A DNA stretch of 63,153 nucleotides, filler included, from Octopus bimaculoides (lineage: Eukaryota), in the NCBI RefSeq assembly GCF_001194135.2. It is 6 parts of 6 records of this genome, joined end to end, with 100 filler letters (N's around TTAATTAATTAA, not from the genome) between each part and the next. Parts side by side here need not be neighbours in the genome. Positions count along the whole stretch, not along the records: positions 43,946 to 58,281 come from NC_068982.1; positions 58,382 to 60,364 come from NC_068983.1; positions 60,465 to 63,153 come from NC_069001.1; 3 more parts are not named here. One strand, given 5' to 3'. Below are positions 51,668 to 63,153 of this stretch, piece after piece. The position numbers and the translations under genes were made by a program. The notes beneath the pieces are model-generated. The model had not been told where the DNA came from, ran no database searches, and worked only from the letters and a program-made list of their open reading frames with translations. Within the stretch, counting starts at the first letter, position 1. Each line of letters starts with the position of its first letter.

Positions 51668-53346
51668 TGTATATACATGCACACAATATAGATAGGCAGA
51701 TAGATAGATGCTTATTTGAGCAAGGTGATTATAATAACTGCCAGTTATTTTATGTGGGAGATGAAAGATTTTCCTTTTTTTCTTTCTTTTTTAAAATTCT
51801 TCCACATCCTTTCTTTTTTTAAAAAAAACAAACTTTTTCCTTCCATTTCTCCTCTCCACCTCATTTTTTTCCAGCCATCTTCTGTTATAGTTATATTGAT
51901 CAGTAATTGATCTCTGTAGCTATAATCCTGCTATCCCCTCCGCCACTAACACCATCACCACTTCGATATTGCTTCTCTTCATATGAAGAGATATTATTAT
52001 CTTCCCCAAATGTCAGTTAATCTGCCTGATGATACCCATGTGAAGTATTTTTATGACCTTAATATGTCGGTTATCATTTTGAGACACTGAATTACATTGG
52101 CATTTAACTATCAGCGTTTACTACCTTCGCTCTGTCATATCCTATTATATCTTGCTTCTATCTTGACTTTTTTCCCTATATTTTTGAATATAGTTTTGTC
52201 TCTTCATGTTTTTTTTGCTTCTTTTGTATCCAAAATAGTTTCCGATCACATTTATCAATATTCCATCTGTATGTATATTTTGCCTGTATTCCTTGTATAT
52301 GTATATTCACACTCCATATGACTTCCAGGTGTTTCAACACTCGGTGATTTGAGAGAGTAATACCCACCACGCGAGACTGTGGCATACCGGCAAATGCACA
52401 GAGGGTATATTCGTTAAATGTGTGTGGTCAACAGTGTTTATTACACTGGCACTGCTTCTATTTCATATTTGCATTTTATTCTTGTGTATGCATTGTCTGG
52501 GTATACTAGCACATAGTTTTCACCCTATATGCATATTATAAGTTGAAGACCGGCGATCTATTCACTTCTGATTTTGTTCAGGTACGTGATGTTGATAAAT
52601 CACAAAAATGGCGAAGCATCGATGTCCACTACTTCCGGATGGGATTTGGAGTGATTTATCCTGCTTGTCCATGACATTCAGGTGTTTTAACACCCAGTGC
52701 TTTGCAGGAGTTATCTCCACCATGCCAATTCGCAGCCTACCGGCAAATGCGTGCAGTCTTTACGTGGAGTATGTAAGGTTGATAATATATATATATAAGA
52801 AAAATAAGAAACTAGAGATAAAGCAATTAATAATTATATATTAATTACAAAAATAGACATAATCTCTCACAGCTGTTTCGATTCAAACTTTAGAAATTAG
52901 TTAAAATAATTTAAATATTATAGAGTTGAATCTCGTCGGAGCTAGAAAAAAGATATACCATTACATTTTTCTGTTTTTATGAGTTAAGTGTATATATTCA
53001 CATCCCACATACTACCGAATTTTAGAACATCTTACGAATCCTGTTGGATAATTCGGTCTCAGCTACCAAATGATTGCTGTCTACCTGTCTGTCTGTCTGT
53101 ATGTATGATTTCAAACGCCACTAATTCAATTGATTTCCTTGCATAGCTGTAGTTATGGATCCCTGTATGCTATAAACACGGATTTCTTTCACTGTTACTA
53201 TGGTATTCCCTTCACTAGCTCTCGTTTTAGTACGCCAAAGGAAAGTAATTATCTTGTTAACAACACGACTAACACAGTGAACTTCAATGGAACTTTCTTC
53301 CTGCGGATAAACCACACGAGATCTCACCTTATGCTGACATACGTAC

Positions 53347-53377
<31 letters not shown>

Positions 53378-53858
53378 NNNNNNNNNNNNNNNNNNNNNNN
53401 NNNNNNNNNNNNNNNNNNNNNNNNNNNNNNNNNNNNNNNNNNNNNNNNNNNNNNNNNNNNNNNNNNNNNNNNNNNNNNNNNNNNNNNNNNNNNNNNNNNN
53501 NNNNNNNNNNNNNNNNNNNNNNNNNNNNNNNNNNNNNNNNNNNNNNNNNNNNNNNNNNNNNNNNNNNNNNNNNNNNNNNNNNNNNNNNNNNNNNNNNNNN
53601 NNNNNNNNNNNNNNNNNNNNNNNNNNNNNNNNNNNNNNNNNNNNNNNNNNNNNNNNNNNNNNNNNNNNNNNNNNNNNNNNNNNNNNNNNNNNNNNNNNNN
53701 NNNNNNNNNNNNNNNNNNNNNNNNNNNNNNNNNNNNNNNNNNNNNNNNNNNNNNNNNNNNNNNNNNNNNNNNNNNNNNNNNNNNNNNNNNNNNNNNNNNN
53801 NNNNNNNNNNNNNNNNNNNNNNNNNNNNNNNNNNNNNNNNNNNNNNNNNNNNNNNNNN

Positions 53859-53925
<67 letters not shown>

Positions 53926-54368
53926 GTATGTAGATACGGTTATTATCCTGGTTGTGTCGTCATGAAACAGAACTGCATGAAGTACATCTGCATGAAAGTT
54001 GTACGTAGATGTTATATTCGCGTGAGGTGTGTATAAGAGTTGAAATATACTGGAAAATAGCTTTCCCTGAATAATTAGATATCGAAACAAGAGGTTGGAC
54101 AAAGGTTTTAGGATTATTTATTTACCATTACAGGTGTTTCATTTGCTAATACAAGTTTTAAAAAATTGTACATGTAGAAAAATATGTCAGATAATTCCTA
54201 TTAGAAATCAAAAAATAACATTCTTTGATTCTCCGCCTGAACAATTTCTAATAGGAGATATCTTACATGTTTTCCTACATGCACAGTTTTGTGACTCCTA
54301 TTAGCGAATGAAACACGTGAATAAATTATACCAAACATTTTTTCCAATCTCTTCCATATATTTATATA

Positions 54369-54399
<31 letters not shown>

Positions 54400-55079
54400 A
54401 TGTACTTATACATGTGCATATACGTAAATATATACATGTATACATATATACATGCACATAAATCTATATACATACATCGGTATATGTGTGAGTGTGTATG
54501 TGCGTGTATGTGCGTGTGTGTATATGTATGTATGTATGTATGTATGTGCGTGTATGTGTGTGTATGAAATATATGTCAGTCCTCTGAACTGCCTGTCAGA
54601 AATGTCCCCGTATAACAGAGCATGAATATATATTCCCTTTCATTTTGTACAACTACAGATATATGTTATACATAGTATGGTACTATTACCAATTTCTACT
54701 ACTAACCTCTCCCACTATTACCATCTCCAACTATCACCCCTCTCCCCTCAGTACTAAAATTGTCCACAATTTTGCTGATGTCTTGACATAAATTAACATA
54801 ACATACCCACCACTGTTGTTTCTATCACAAACACTATGTCAAATATAGTCTCGAACCCTTTTCCAGTTTTGCATTCCTTTGAAATTTAATCAAAGTTAAC
54901 GGGAGATCGTTAGATGATGTTGTTGAATCGTTCCTTTTGTCTGTAACAATCGAAATCTTCCATTTATCCAAGTAACCAATCATTATAATTCACCAATCTA
55001 TCGGAGTCAAATAATACAAGCATTGTTACCTTTCTGTGATTAACAAATACCTTCGTTATCTTGTCCACTACTTTTATCA

Positions 55080-55122
55080 TCATCATCAGCAGCAGCATCA
55101 TCATCATCATCATCACCATCAC

Positions 55123-55215
<93 letters not shown>

Positions 55216-55236
55216 GATGATGATGATGATGATGAT
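55080..55236. repeat. Compound (ATC)n(ATT)n(ATG)n microsatellite
   Basis: Directly visible. Confidence 0.95.
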
Positions 55237-55420
55237 GGCGGTGAGCTGGCAGAATCGTTAGCGCGCCGGACGAAAAGTAAAGCGGTATTTCGTCTGTTGC
55301 TATGTTCTGAGTTCAAATTCTGCCGAGGTTGACTTTACCTTTCATCCTTTCGGAGTCGATAGAATAAGTCTCTGTTGAACACTGGGATCGATGTAATCGA
55401 CTAACCCCTCCACCCAAATT
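55237..55420 (+). mobile_element. tRNA-derived SINE, second family, near intact, followed by (ATT)n
   Basis: ggcggtgagctggcagaatcgttagc (A-box-like) ... gagttcaaattctgccgagg (B-box-like). Confidence 0.85.
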
Positions 55421-55447
55421 ATTATTATTATTATTATTATTATCATC

Positions 55448-58078
55448 ATCTCATTATCACAGGTTATGTTGGAGCTCCTGGAGTCTTGCATGCGTAGCGG
55501 ACTTACTACCTGCAGTCTACGGTACCATGCTATTCGTTCTTTTCAGTTATCTAATACTTTCCTGATTATTCTGGCCATACCAAGGACGCAAAACTTTTGT
55601 AACAGTTCTACTGGGCACACTATTCCAATTTCCTTGATATTCCAGTTGATGCTTTCTGATGCTGTTCCCAAGGACCCAACAATAATTGGCACTACCTTCG
55701 CCTTCTTCATTTTCCATCGCCGGGCTATTTCATACTTTAGAGAGTTGTATATATTTATCTTTTCGCCTTCCTTCTTGACTATTCGTGGGTCAAAGGGTCT
55801 TGCAACGTCAGCTATATAGCATATGTGATGCACCTTGTCCACCACCACTAGGTCCGGTCAGTTATGCTTCTAACGCCTGATCTGCTTGGATTCGGAAATT
55901 CCAGAGGATTTTGCTAATCTCCGACTCTGCCATTCTCTACGGTTTGTTCTCATACCACATCTTGCCTCTCTCTATCCCCACTTTTCGCACAGCTTCTAAT
56001 GTGGCACTTTCGCTGCTTGGTCGTGTTGCCACAACTTGTAGAGGTTTTGGGCAAGTTTAAAGCATTCGTTCGTGATATGGGCGATGGTTTCGTCCACTCT
56101 ATTGCAGATGCGGTACAGCGGAGACATTTGCTCATTCCTAAGGTTGACCCTCCAGTTCGTGGCCAAAGCTTGGTTCTGCACTGCCAGTATAGTGCTCTTG
56201 GTCTCTTTTTTTAGGGTTCCTTTAGTCAGCCAATCCCATCTATTTTTTCCAGTAACTTCTGTTGTGACTATATTGAGTGTGTAGTCACTTCTTGCATAAT
56301 TCTTCTCCATGTCTTTTTGGTACTTCTTCCCTTGTTTCCCTTTTTTCTCTGCTCTCAATACTCCCTCGTTCCTAACTGTCACTAGCAAGGTTTCCTAACT
56401 TTGGTCTAGGTGTCTCATTGAACTCTTGAGTTTGATATGTACGTAGTCTTTCACACTTATCAGTCCCTTTCCTCCATTTTCTCTCTTCATGTATAGGCGA
56501 TCAGTGTCTGCACATGGATGATGGGTTCCATGCATCGTTAGGAACTTTCTTGACTTCTTGTCCATCTCCTTTAGCTCCTCAGTCCACTTCAGGATTCCAA
56601 CATCCTACCGAACTACTGCGACTGCGCGCGAATTTATTGCCGAAATTATGTTTCTGGCATTCAGCTGTGAAGCCTAGTGAAGCCAATATTTTTCTCCCTC
56701 GCCACAGGTACTCTCTTTTTGTCGTTTCCTTCATGTCGTGGTGTTTGATTCCATCTGCATCAAGTATTCCCAGGTATTTATAGCTAGATTGAAATTGTAT
56801 TATTTTCATCATTTTACCACTTGGCAAGTTTTCCTCGTCTCATCACCATCGTAGCACATTTTGAGAGTTCAAATTCCATCTTAATATCATTGGAAAAAAT
56901 CGGCGCAGACTGGACTAGGCTGTCCAGTTCTGCCACAATTTTTGAGAATAGCTTCAGGTCGTCCATGAATAGCAAGTGGTTTAGTTTTCCCTTACCTCCT
57001 CTGTAGTATTTCACTCAAGCGGATCATTTCCAGCATGAATATCAGTGGGGACACACTGTCCCCCACCCTGGAAGATCCCCCTCTTGATTTTCCCCTCTCC
57101 TAACACTTGTTTCCCTGCTGTCAATTCCGTTCTCCAGTATTTCATGCTATTCCATATAAGGCTTCTTATATTCTCTGCTACTCCATACATTTCCATAGTT
57201 CTTATTATCCAGGAGTGTGGTATCATATCGTATGCTTACGATAGTCAACCCATGTCATGATCAGGTTTGTATATCTTCTCTATCAGTTCCAGAAAATTAG
57301 ATCATCAATTAAGAGCTGATCCTTCGTTCCCGGCTCCTTTTTCGGCAACCTTTCTGTTCATTGGGCTGCAGCCTACTTCTTACCAAGCATCTGTACAGTT
57401 CACCGGCCAAAGCACTTGACATTAGTTTCCACATTAGAGGAAGGAATGCTATTGGCCTAAAGTTGGATGCAACATTTTCCATTTCAGGATCTTTGGCACA
57501 TAACAATGTCTTTCCCATTGTCATCCAGCTGGATACATCGCCTTCTTGCAAGCACTCATCTAGCTGTTGTGCTATCCTTTCATGGAGCCCTCTCAGCTTC
57601 TTCACCCAATACCCCTGGACCCGTTTTGATCCTGGGCTCTTCCAATTTAGGAATTTTCTTAATTGCTTTTTTATCATTTCTGTACTTATGTTTATGTCAT
57701 CTTGGCCTTCTATATTTCTTAACCTATCTTGGATTTCATGCAGTCACTCCGCTTCATCATTATGCGTTAAACTTGGTCCCAGATTCCTCTCCCGAATGCC
57801 CTGCTTTTCTCTGTATCTACTATCATTGTTACGTGTATTTGCCCATCTAGCTCCTGAAACAGTTTCTTCTGATTTTTCTCAAACAAACCGTTTTGCCTGA
57901 ATTGTTTTGTTCTTTTATCATATCATTCCAGTTTTGCTTTGATTGTTATTACTCTTTGTTTCAATTCTTCCAATATCACATCATACCCCTTATCTCTTAT
58001 CCTATATGTTCTTTCCAGCATTATTCTCTTGCTTTCGTTCTGCAGTTCCCCTCTTCTCTATCAACATGTCCTAAATGT
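55448..58078 (-). mobile_element. R4/Dong-like LINE, 5'-truncated, ~2.6 kb (RT, zinc knuckle, REL), multiply frameshifted
   Basis: Motifs EELKQRV..K, KSPG..VQGYWVKK, NFRPIA.LPLMWKL, KIKRGIFQG, LNHLLFMDDLKLF (RT catalytic motif), RICNRVDETIAHITNEC and VVPIIVGSLGT..LQKFCVLGMARIIRKVL. (TAA)n lies on both sides. Confidence 0.92.
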
Positions 58079-58079
58079 C

Positions 58080-58139
<60 letters not shown>

Positions 58140-58140
<1 letters not shown>

Positions 58141-58281
58141 GTTCAGTAGTTTTATTTTTATAACGTGCTTTCACTTCACTACCGAGCGCAGCTCTGGGCG
58201 CCTTGGGTATGTGCTGTGGTTTGCTGTGGTGCTTTTATGTTTACTGTATTGAAAGTGTTTTGCGTAGAATGTGTGCAGTAC
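58140..58281 (-). mobile_element. 3' end of another R4/Dong-like LINE subfamily, tailing into (TAA)n at 58081-58140
   Basis: Minus strand reads TAHILRKTLSIQ*, then a short UTR and a TAA tail. Confidence 0.75.
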
Positions 58282-58536
58282 NNNNNNNNNNNNNNNNNNN
58301 NNNNNNNNNNNNNNNNNNNNNNNNNTTAATTAATTAANNNNNNNNNNNNNNNNNNNNNNNNNNNNNNNNNNNNNNNNNNNNTATATATATATTTGTGTGT
58401 ATGTATGTATGCATGTTTGTATGTATGTGTGCATATTCTGATATCCTAGTTGCGCGCTTACTTGTAATCGAAACAGGTGCAAAAGAATGAAGGTTATTAC
58501 ATAATAGCTTTGTTTTGTCTCACGCGGGCACACATA

Positions 58537-58578
<42 letters not shown>

Positions 58579-59589
58579 CGTGAGTGTGTGTGAGTGTGTA
58601 CGTGTGTACTTGCATATATTTATACATAATGATAGTTGAACCAGTAATTGAGATAGTGCTAAGTGTATACATACTGACTATAAATTTATATCTTCAGTAA
58701 AAAGTTGACTGTATACCGATGTTTCCTAAGTCACCCCTCTCCTCAATCTTTGTGAGAATATGAGTATATGTATGCATGAGTATGTATGCATGCATGTATG
58801 TATGTATGTATGTATTTATGTATGTATGTATGTATGTATGTATGTATGTATGTATGTATGTATACACACATAATTATGTATATATGTTTTTACTTTGTGT
58901 AGTATTTACGTCCTTCGGAGAGTTCAAGCTGGTTTGTACAAAGCGACAAGCCTCTTTGAGTTCAGAGATTTATAAAAATCTTCAATGTTCCTGTAATTGA
59001 CCCCCACAACAGTGAATGACTTTTGTTCCTTGTTCCACAGAACAATATCAGGTCTGTTATATTTGTACTGGATTCCTGTTTTTTTTTTTTTTCATTGAAT
59101 TCTTCCATCAGTGTTCCTTATTTTTAAAGTTGCATGTACACGCTGGTTCTCATTTGCCTTTGATGTATAAATCAGTGCAATCCTTGCTGCAGATGGAATT
59201 GTAAATAGTTTTTGCATCTATATCATACATCAGGGACTGGTAATATCTCGTAGACATTTTGAGGTAGCTGCTGTTGATGAGTTTGAGATTTTCGAAACAG
59301 TTATAGAAGAACTGACACTCTTTTTTTTAAATCTCAATGTGAAAGTTTAGCGTTATCATTGTCAGTCTTGTTTATCAGATATTCAGCAGCAATCTACTTT
59401 TCCTGCTTAGCGCAGACGAAAACTTCTAGGTGAGATGTAATGTATCTATCACAGGTCCAGGAGAGGCTACACTTCCTGTCAATGTCGTTGTTATCCTCTA
59501 GTTTACGGTATATGTACACACGCAATGCATTTTACTGGTATGAAGCGTGCTTCTCCTCCAAGCTTCTAGTTAGGTAGGCCAGCTTCTGT

Positions 59590-59735
59590 GAGTTTCGGTC
59601 TACTAAATCCACTCACAAGGCTTCGGTCAGTCCGAGACTATAGTAAAAGACATCTGTCCAAGGTGCCACGCAGTGGGACTGAACCTGGAACCACGTGTCT
59701 GGTAAGCAAGTTACTTACCACACGGCAACTCCTGC
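59590..59735 (-). mobile_element. Major SINE head
   Basis: Reverse complement of the family head (ggtgccacgcagtgggactgaacc). Confidence 0.8.
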
Positions 59736-60769
59736 TTTATTAGCAAAGAAGTAGGTAATTCATTACAAATGTTCAGAGTGTTGGCCATGCAGCTCTAACT
59801 GCAATAAAACCCTCTTAAATAGCTCTTCATTGCTGTTGTCTTGTTCACACATTTCAACAATTATTTGAAAATGTCCTTGGTTGCGAATCTTTTTAGAACA
59901 TACAAGGGATTTTATATAGCATCAGAAGAAAAAGTCCATGGAAATTAAATTTGGTGACCGTGGTGCCCGTTCAGCCCCAAGTATGGGATATTCCGTAATC
60001 AGAGACAAATAGTGGAAAGAAAATAGCATTATGGAAAATGAGAATGATGTATATCAATAAGATGACAACATAGAGGAAGAGAGTAATAGAATAAGGAAAT
60101 GGAAAGAGAGAAGGAAAAAGAAGCGTAAAAGTTCATAGTTCAACTTACCGAAGCTATAGAAACCAGAACATGAGTCCTTACGTGCAACCCTGCGTAGATC
60201 TATGAGCGTAAGTCTTTAGATGCAATCCTGCGTATATTCATGTGGGTTAAAGTCCTGATACAGTAGATATCCGCTACAGCACTTAACTAGCGTACCTAAT
60301 CGTTTAGATCACTTGTGAACTAAATCCCCACACTTTGTATATATATATATATATATATATATATNNNNNNNNNNNNNNNNNNNNNNNNNNNNNNNNNNNN
60401 NNNNNNNNTTAATTAATTAANNNNNNNNNNNNNNNNNNNNNNNNNNNNNNNNNNNNNNNNNNNNTCGGTAGGGTGGATGCGTGGAGTGAAAACAGCTAAG
60501 TCAGTAACGGGGTATTTAAGGGGTGGCTGCTAAATGACAGGACTGACAATTATAGGGGTTTATTGTCAGATAATTGATAAATTCATTTGATGTAGATTTT
60601 TTTGTCTATATTTCACATCAACCCTCTCTCCAAATCCACCCATTTGTAGTCATACCATGCTAGACCCCGCCACCTCACTGACACACCTACTGCTGTAATA
60701 AACATTCTGCACATAACTTCCTTTATAATAGTGGGGCTTTATTTGAAAAATCCTTTACTGTCCAAGTTC

Positions 60770-60950
60770 CCTTTCACTCCAAACAGCTTTATGTATATAA
60801 GTTCGTTTAGAAATAAGGACAAAATGAACACTACCAGCCTTAGTAAGCTAATTTGGGCACTTAAAGATAGTAACAAAGTATTTTCGGTTGTTTGGGATAT
60901 TATTAGCAAAGCAAAACTCATGTGCGGAGGAAATGTACCAAATTTTTCGT
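60770..60950 (+). mobile_element. Penelope-like element GIY-YIG endonuclease C-terminal fragment
   Basis: SSFRNKDKMNTTSLSKLIWALKDSNKVFSVVWDIISKAK resembles the PLE pattern SFRN..K.N.T.LSK.IW.LK....Y.I.W.I..KA. Confidence 0.65.
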
Positions 60951-61668
60951 TTCTAAATATACTATTATAAACATTTGACAGAAACAGGCCATTAGATGTC
61001 CACATTGGATTAAATATATTTTTAAACGATTTCAAGAATAATAAATTACTATCTATAGTAATCATACTAGTTAACATAATGATTGTGATATATTTAATTG
61101 AGATATAATTGATGATATTTTTGCAAATAATACTAAAATATTAATAATGCTATAATAAATATTAATATTAAATAATATTAACTGAGAGTATAAGCCCAAA
61201 CATAAGTGAATTACCTCTGAATAAATAATGTACTCCACACAGCAAAATGTAAATAAAACAGCTGCAATTCATTGTAATATGAATGAGCATTTAATAAACC
61301 ACGATTCAGCTGTAATATCAGTAGAAGTGATTGTAAGAGTAGAATTCAATTTGATTTAAAAAGTAACGCTATAAACTTCAACTGAATACCAACGTAGGAA
61401 GCATGTTTGAATTAGTTCACTTTGAAAACGTCATAAGCGATGCACCCTTGATGAAATTGCAGCGACTAGGATGCATAATTGCATATGGAGCAATGTTCAG
61501 TTGCTGCAGTAGAAACATATGTTGGACATTGCTATATATACTGAAGAAAACCTTTTAATAAAAGTTTTGGATGTGAATAAATCTCCACTCACCTCTTTTT
61601 TTTTCGTCTTCTTCCGGTGTCTTGGAGAAATTTTGAACCTGGGTTCTCATTCCTAAGGTATTTTTCGA

Positions 61669-61718
<50 letters not shown>

Positions 61719-61879
61719 GTCAAGACGAAGAGTGCGATTTTAGATGTTTTATTTTTTGAACAATATTTCGACAGAACGTCTGTCTTTCTCAAGTTCAAAC
61801 CAAAAGGTGATTGAAAATTCAAAATTTCAGAAACCAAACGTAAACTATGACTCTGAAAACCACTTGCCCGAGAAAAAAC

Positions 61880-63153
61880 ATCACATTAGAGAATAAGTCG
61901 GTTATAAATNNNNNNNNNNNNNNNNNNNNNNNNNNNNNNNNNNNNNNNNNNNNNNNNNNNCGATGTCTCAGTCTTAGAGCTTGGACTGAGTTTTTGCCCA
62001 AGCACTAAAAATTTCGACAAGAATAAACTAGCTCAGGGGCTATTTCAGTTTGTCCGCCGCCACAAGCTGAAAGAATATTTTTTTGAGAAAACTGGTAACG
62101 AGGCGGCGGAAAACCCTATATTTCCTAAAAATAATGATGATGATCGAATCTGGCATAATTGGATTGAAAAGAATCCCAATTGGGATCCAGATAAAGTTCG
62201 GGAGGGACGTTCACAAGCACTACTAGAATTTCTTGAATCTTGTCAGGCAGGCATTAGGAAAGCCTTAAATCAAGTGGAAAGAAATCCTGGAATAACCTCA
62301 CAAATTCCCAACGTTACGCACTCCGACGTCTAGCTAATAACGATTCTATTGTTATTAAGATGGCGGACAAGGGAGGCGCTATCGTCATTATGGACAAAAG
62401 TGAGTATATTTCGGCTTGTGAAGAAGTTTTAAATGACAAAACTTCATATGAAGAATTACCTGTCGATCCAAACCCCAATTACAGAGAGTAACTTGACAAA
62501 ATAATTTTAGAAATGGAGGAAAACAATTTCGTTAGTAAGGCTGAATCTAGGATTTTAAAGTCTGAAAGAAGAACACCTGTATTTTATGGTCTCCCTAAAA
62601 TACACAAAAAGTTCGAAAGATTTCCTCCAATGCGCCCAATTTGCAGCGGATATGAATGCTGTACGGCAAAAATTTCGGAATGGCTGGATGGTTTTCTACT
62701 CCCCGTCGCAAAACGATCAAGTTCCTATATTCGGGACATTTTTGATTTTGTATCTAAAATCAATAACTTTTTTAAGCGCCGAGGCCGTGTTGAGAACTGT
62801 TTTTTGGTAACCATGGATGTTTCTTCCTTATATCCTAATACTGACGGGGTAGAAGCATACATGGATGCCTTTGAAAAGCGGTCAAATAAAAGTGTTCCAA
62901 CAAATTTGCTCTGTAGATTATTGAGGTTTGTGTTAGAAAGTAACACAATGCAGTTTAGACAAAGATTCTACCACCAGGGTTGCGCCATGGGTACCCCCAT
63001 GGCAGTTAATTTCGCTAATGTCTTTATGACAAATTTTGAGACAAAGTTACTGAAGACATTCAAATCCCTTCATGGTCATGAACCAATACTCTGGTTACGG
63101 TTCATTGACGACGTATTTTTTGTCTGGGAAGGATCACAGGATAGTTTAATGGA
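61880..63153 (+). mobile_element. Penelope-like element reverse transcriptase, running off the window end; one frameshift (~62285) and one stop (62489-62491)
   Basis: Motifs KSVIN..VLELGLSFCPS, VIKMADKGGAIVIMDKSEYI, TPVFYGLPKIHK..PPMRPICSG, LVTMDVSSLYPN, GCAMGTPMAVNFANVFM and WLRFIDDVFFVW. Frame is open from 62492 to the window end. Confidence 0.93.

Overview
This is an AT-rich, microsatellite- and gap-rich eukaryotic draft scaffold. It is most likely coleoid cephalopod (Octopus-like), inferred from the SINE families and repeat landscape and not verified. I see no complete host gene, rRNA, true tRNA or CRISPR array. The window is mostly retroelement and DNA-transposon debris: a Tx1/L1-clade LINE, several R4/Dong-like LINEs in (TAA)n tracts, Penelope-like (PLE) RT and GIY-YIG fragments, two mariner-family transposase remnants, a mariner-type MITE, a GC3-rich hAT remnant and many tRNA-derived SINEs. 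The main signals are: (1) a structurally complete type I hammerhead ribozyme at 14288-14368; (2) two degenerate hammerhead-like cores in a 325-nt-period direct repeat at 47.7-48.2 kb; (3) a candidate signal-peptide first coding exon on the minus strand (9934-10227); (4) a ~1.1 kb long inverted-repeat element; (5) a hAT remnant with foreign-looking codon usage. All translations, counts and pairings were done by eye, and repeat boundaries are approximate.
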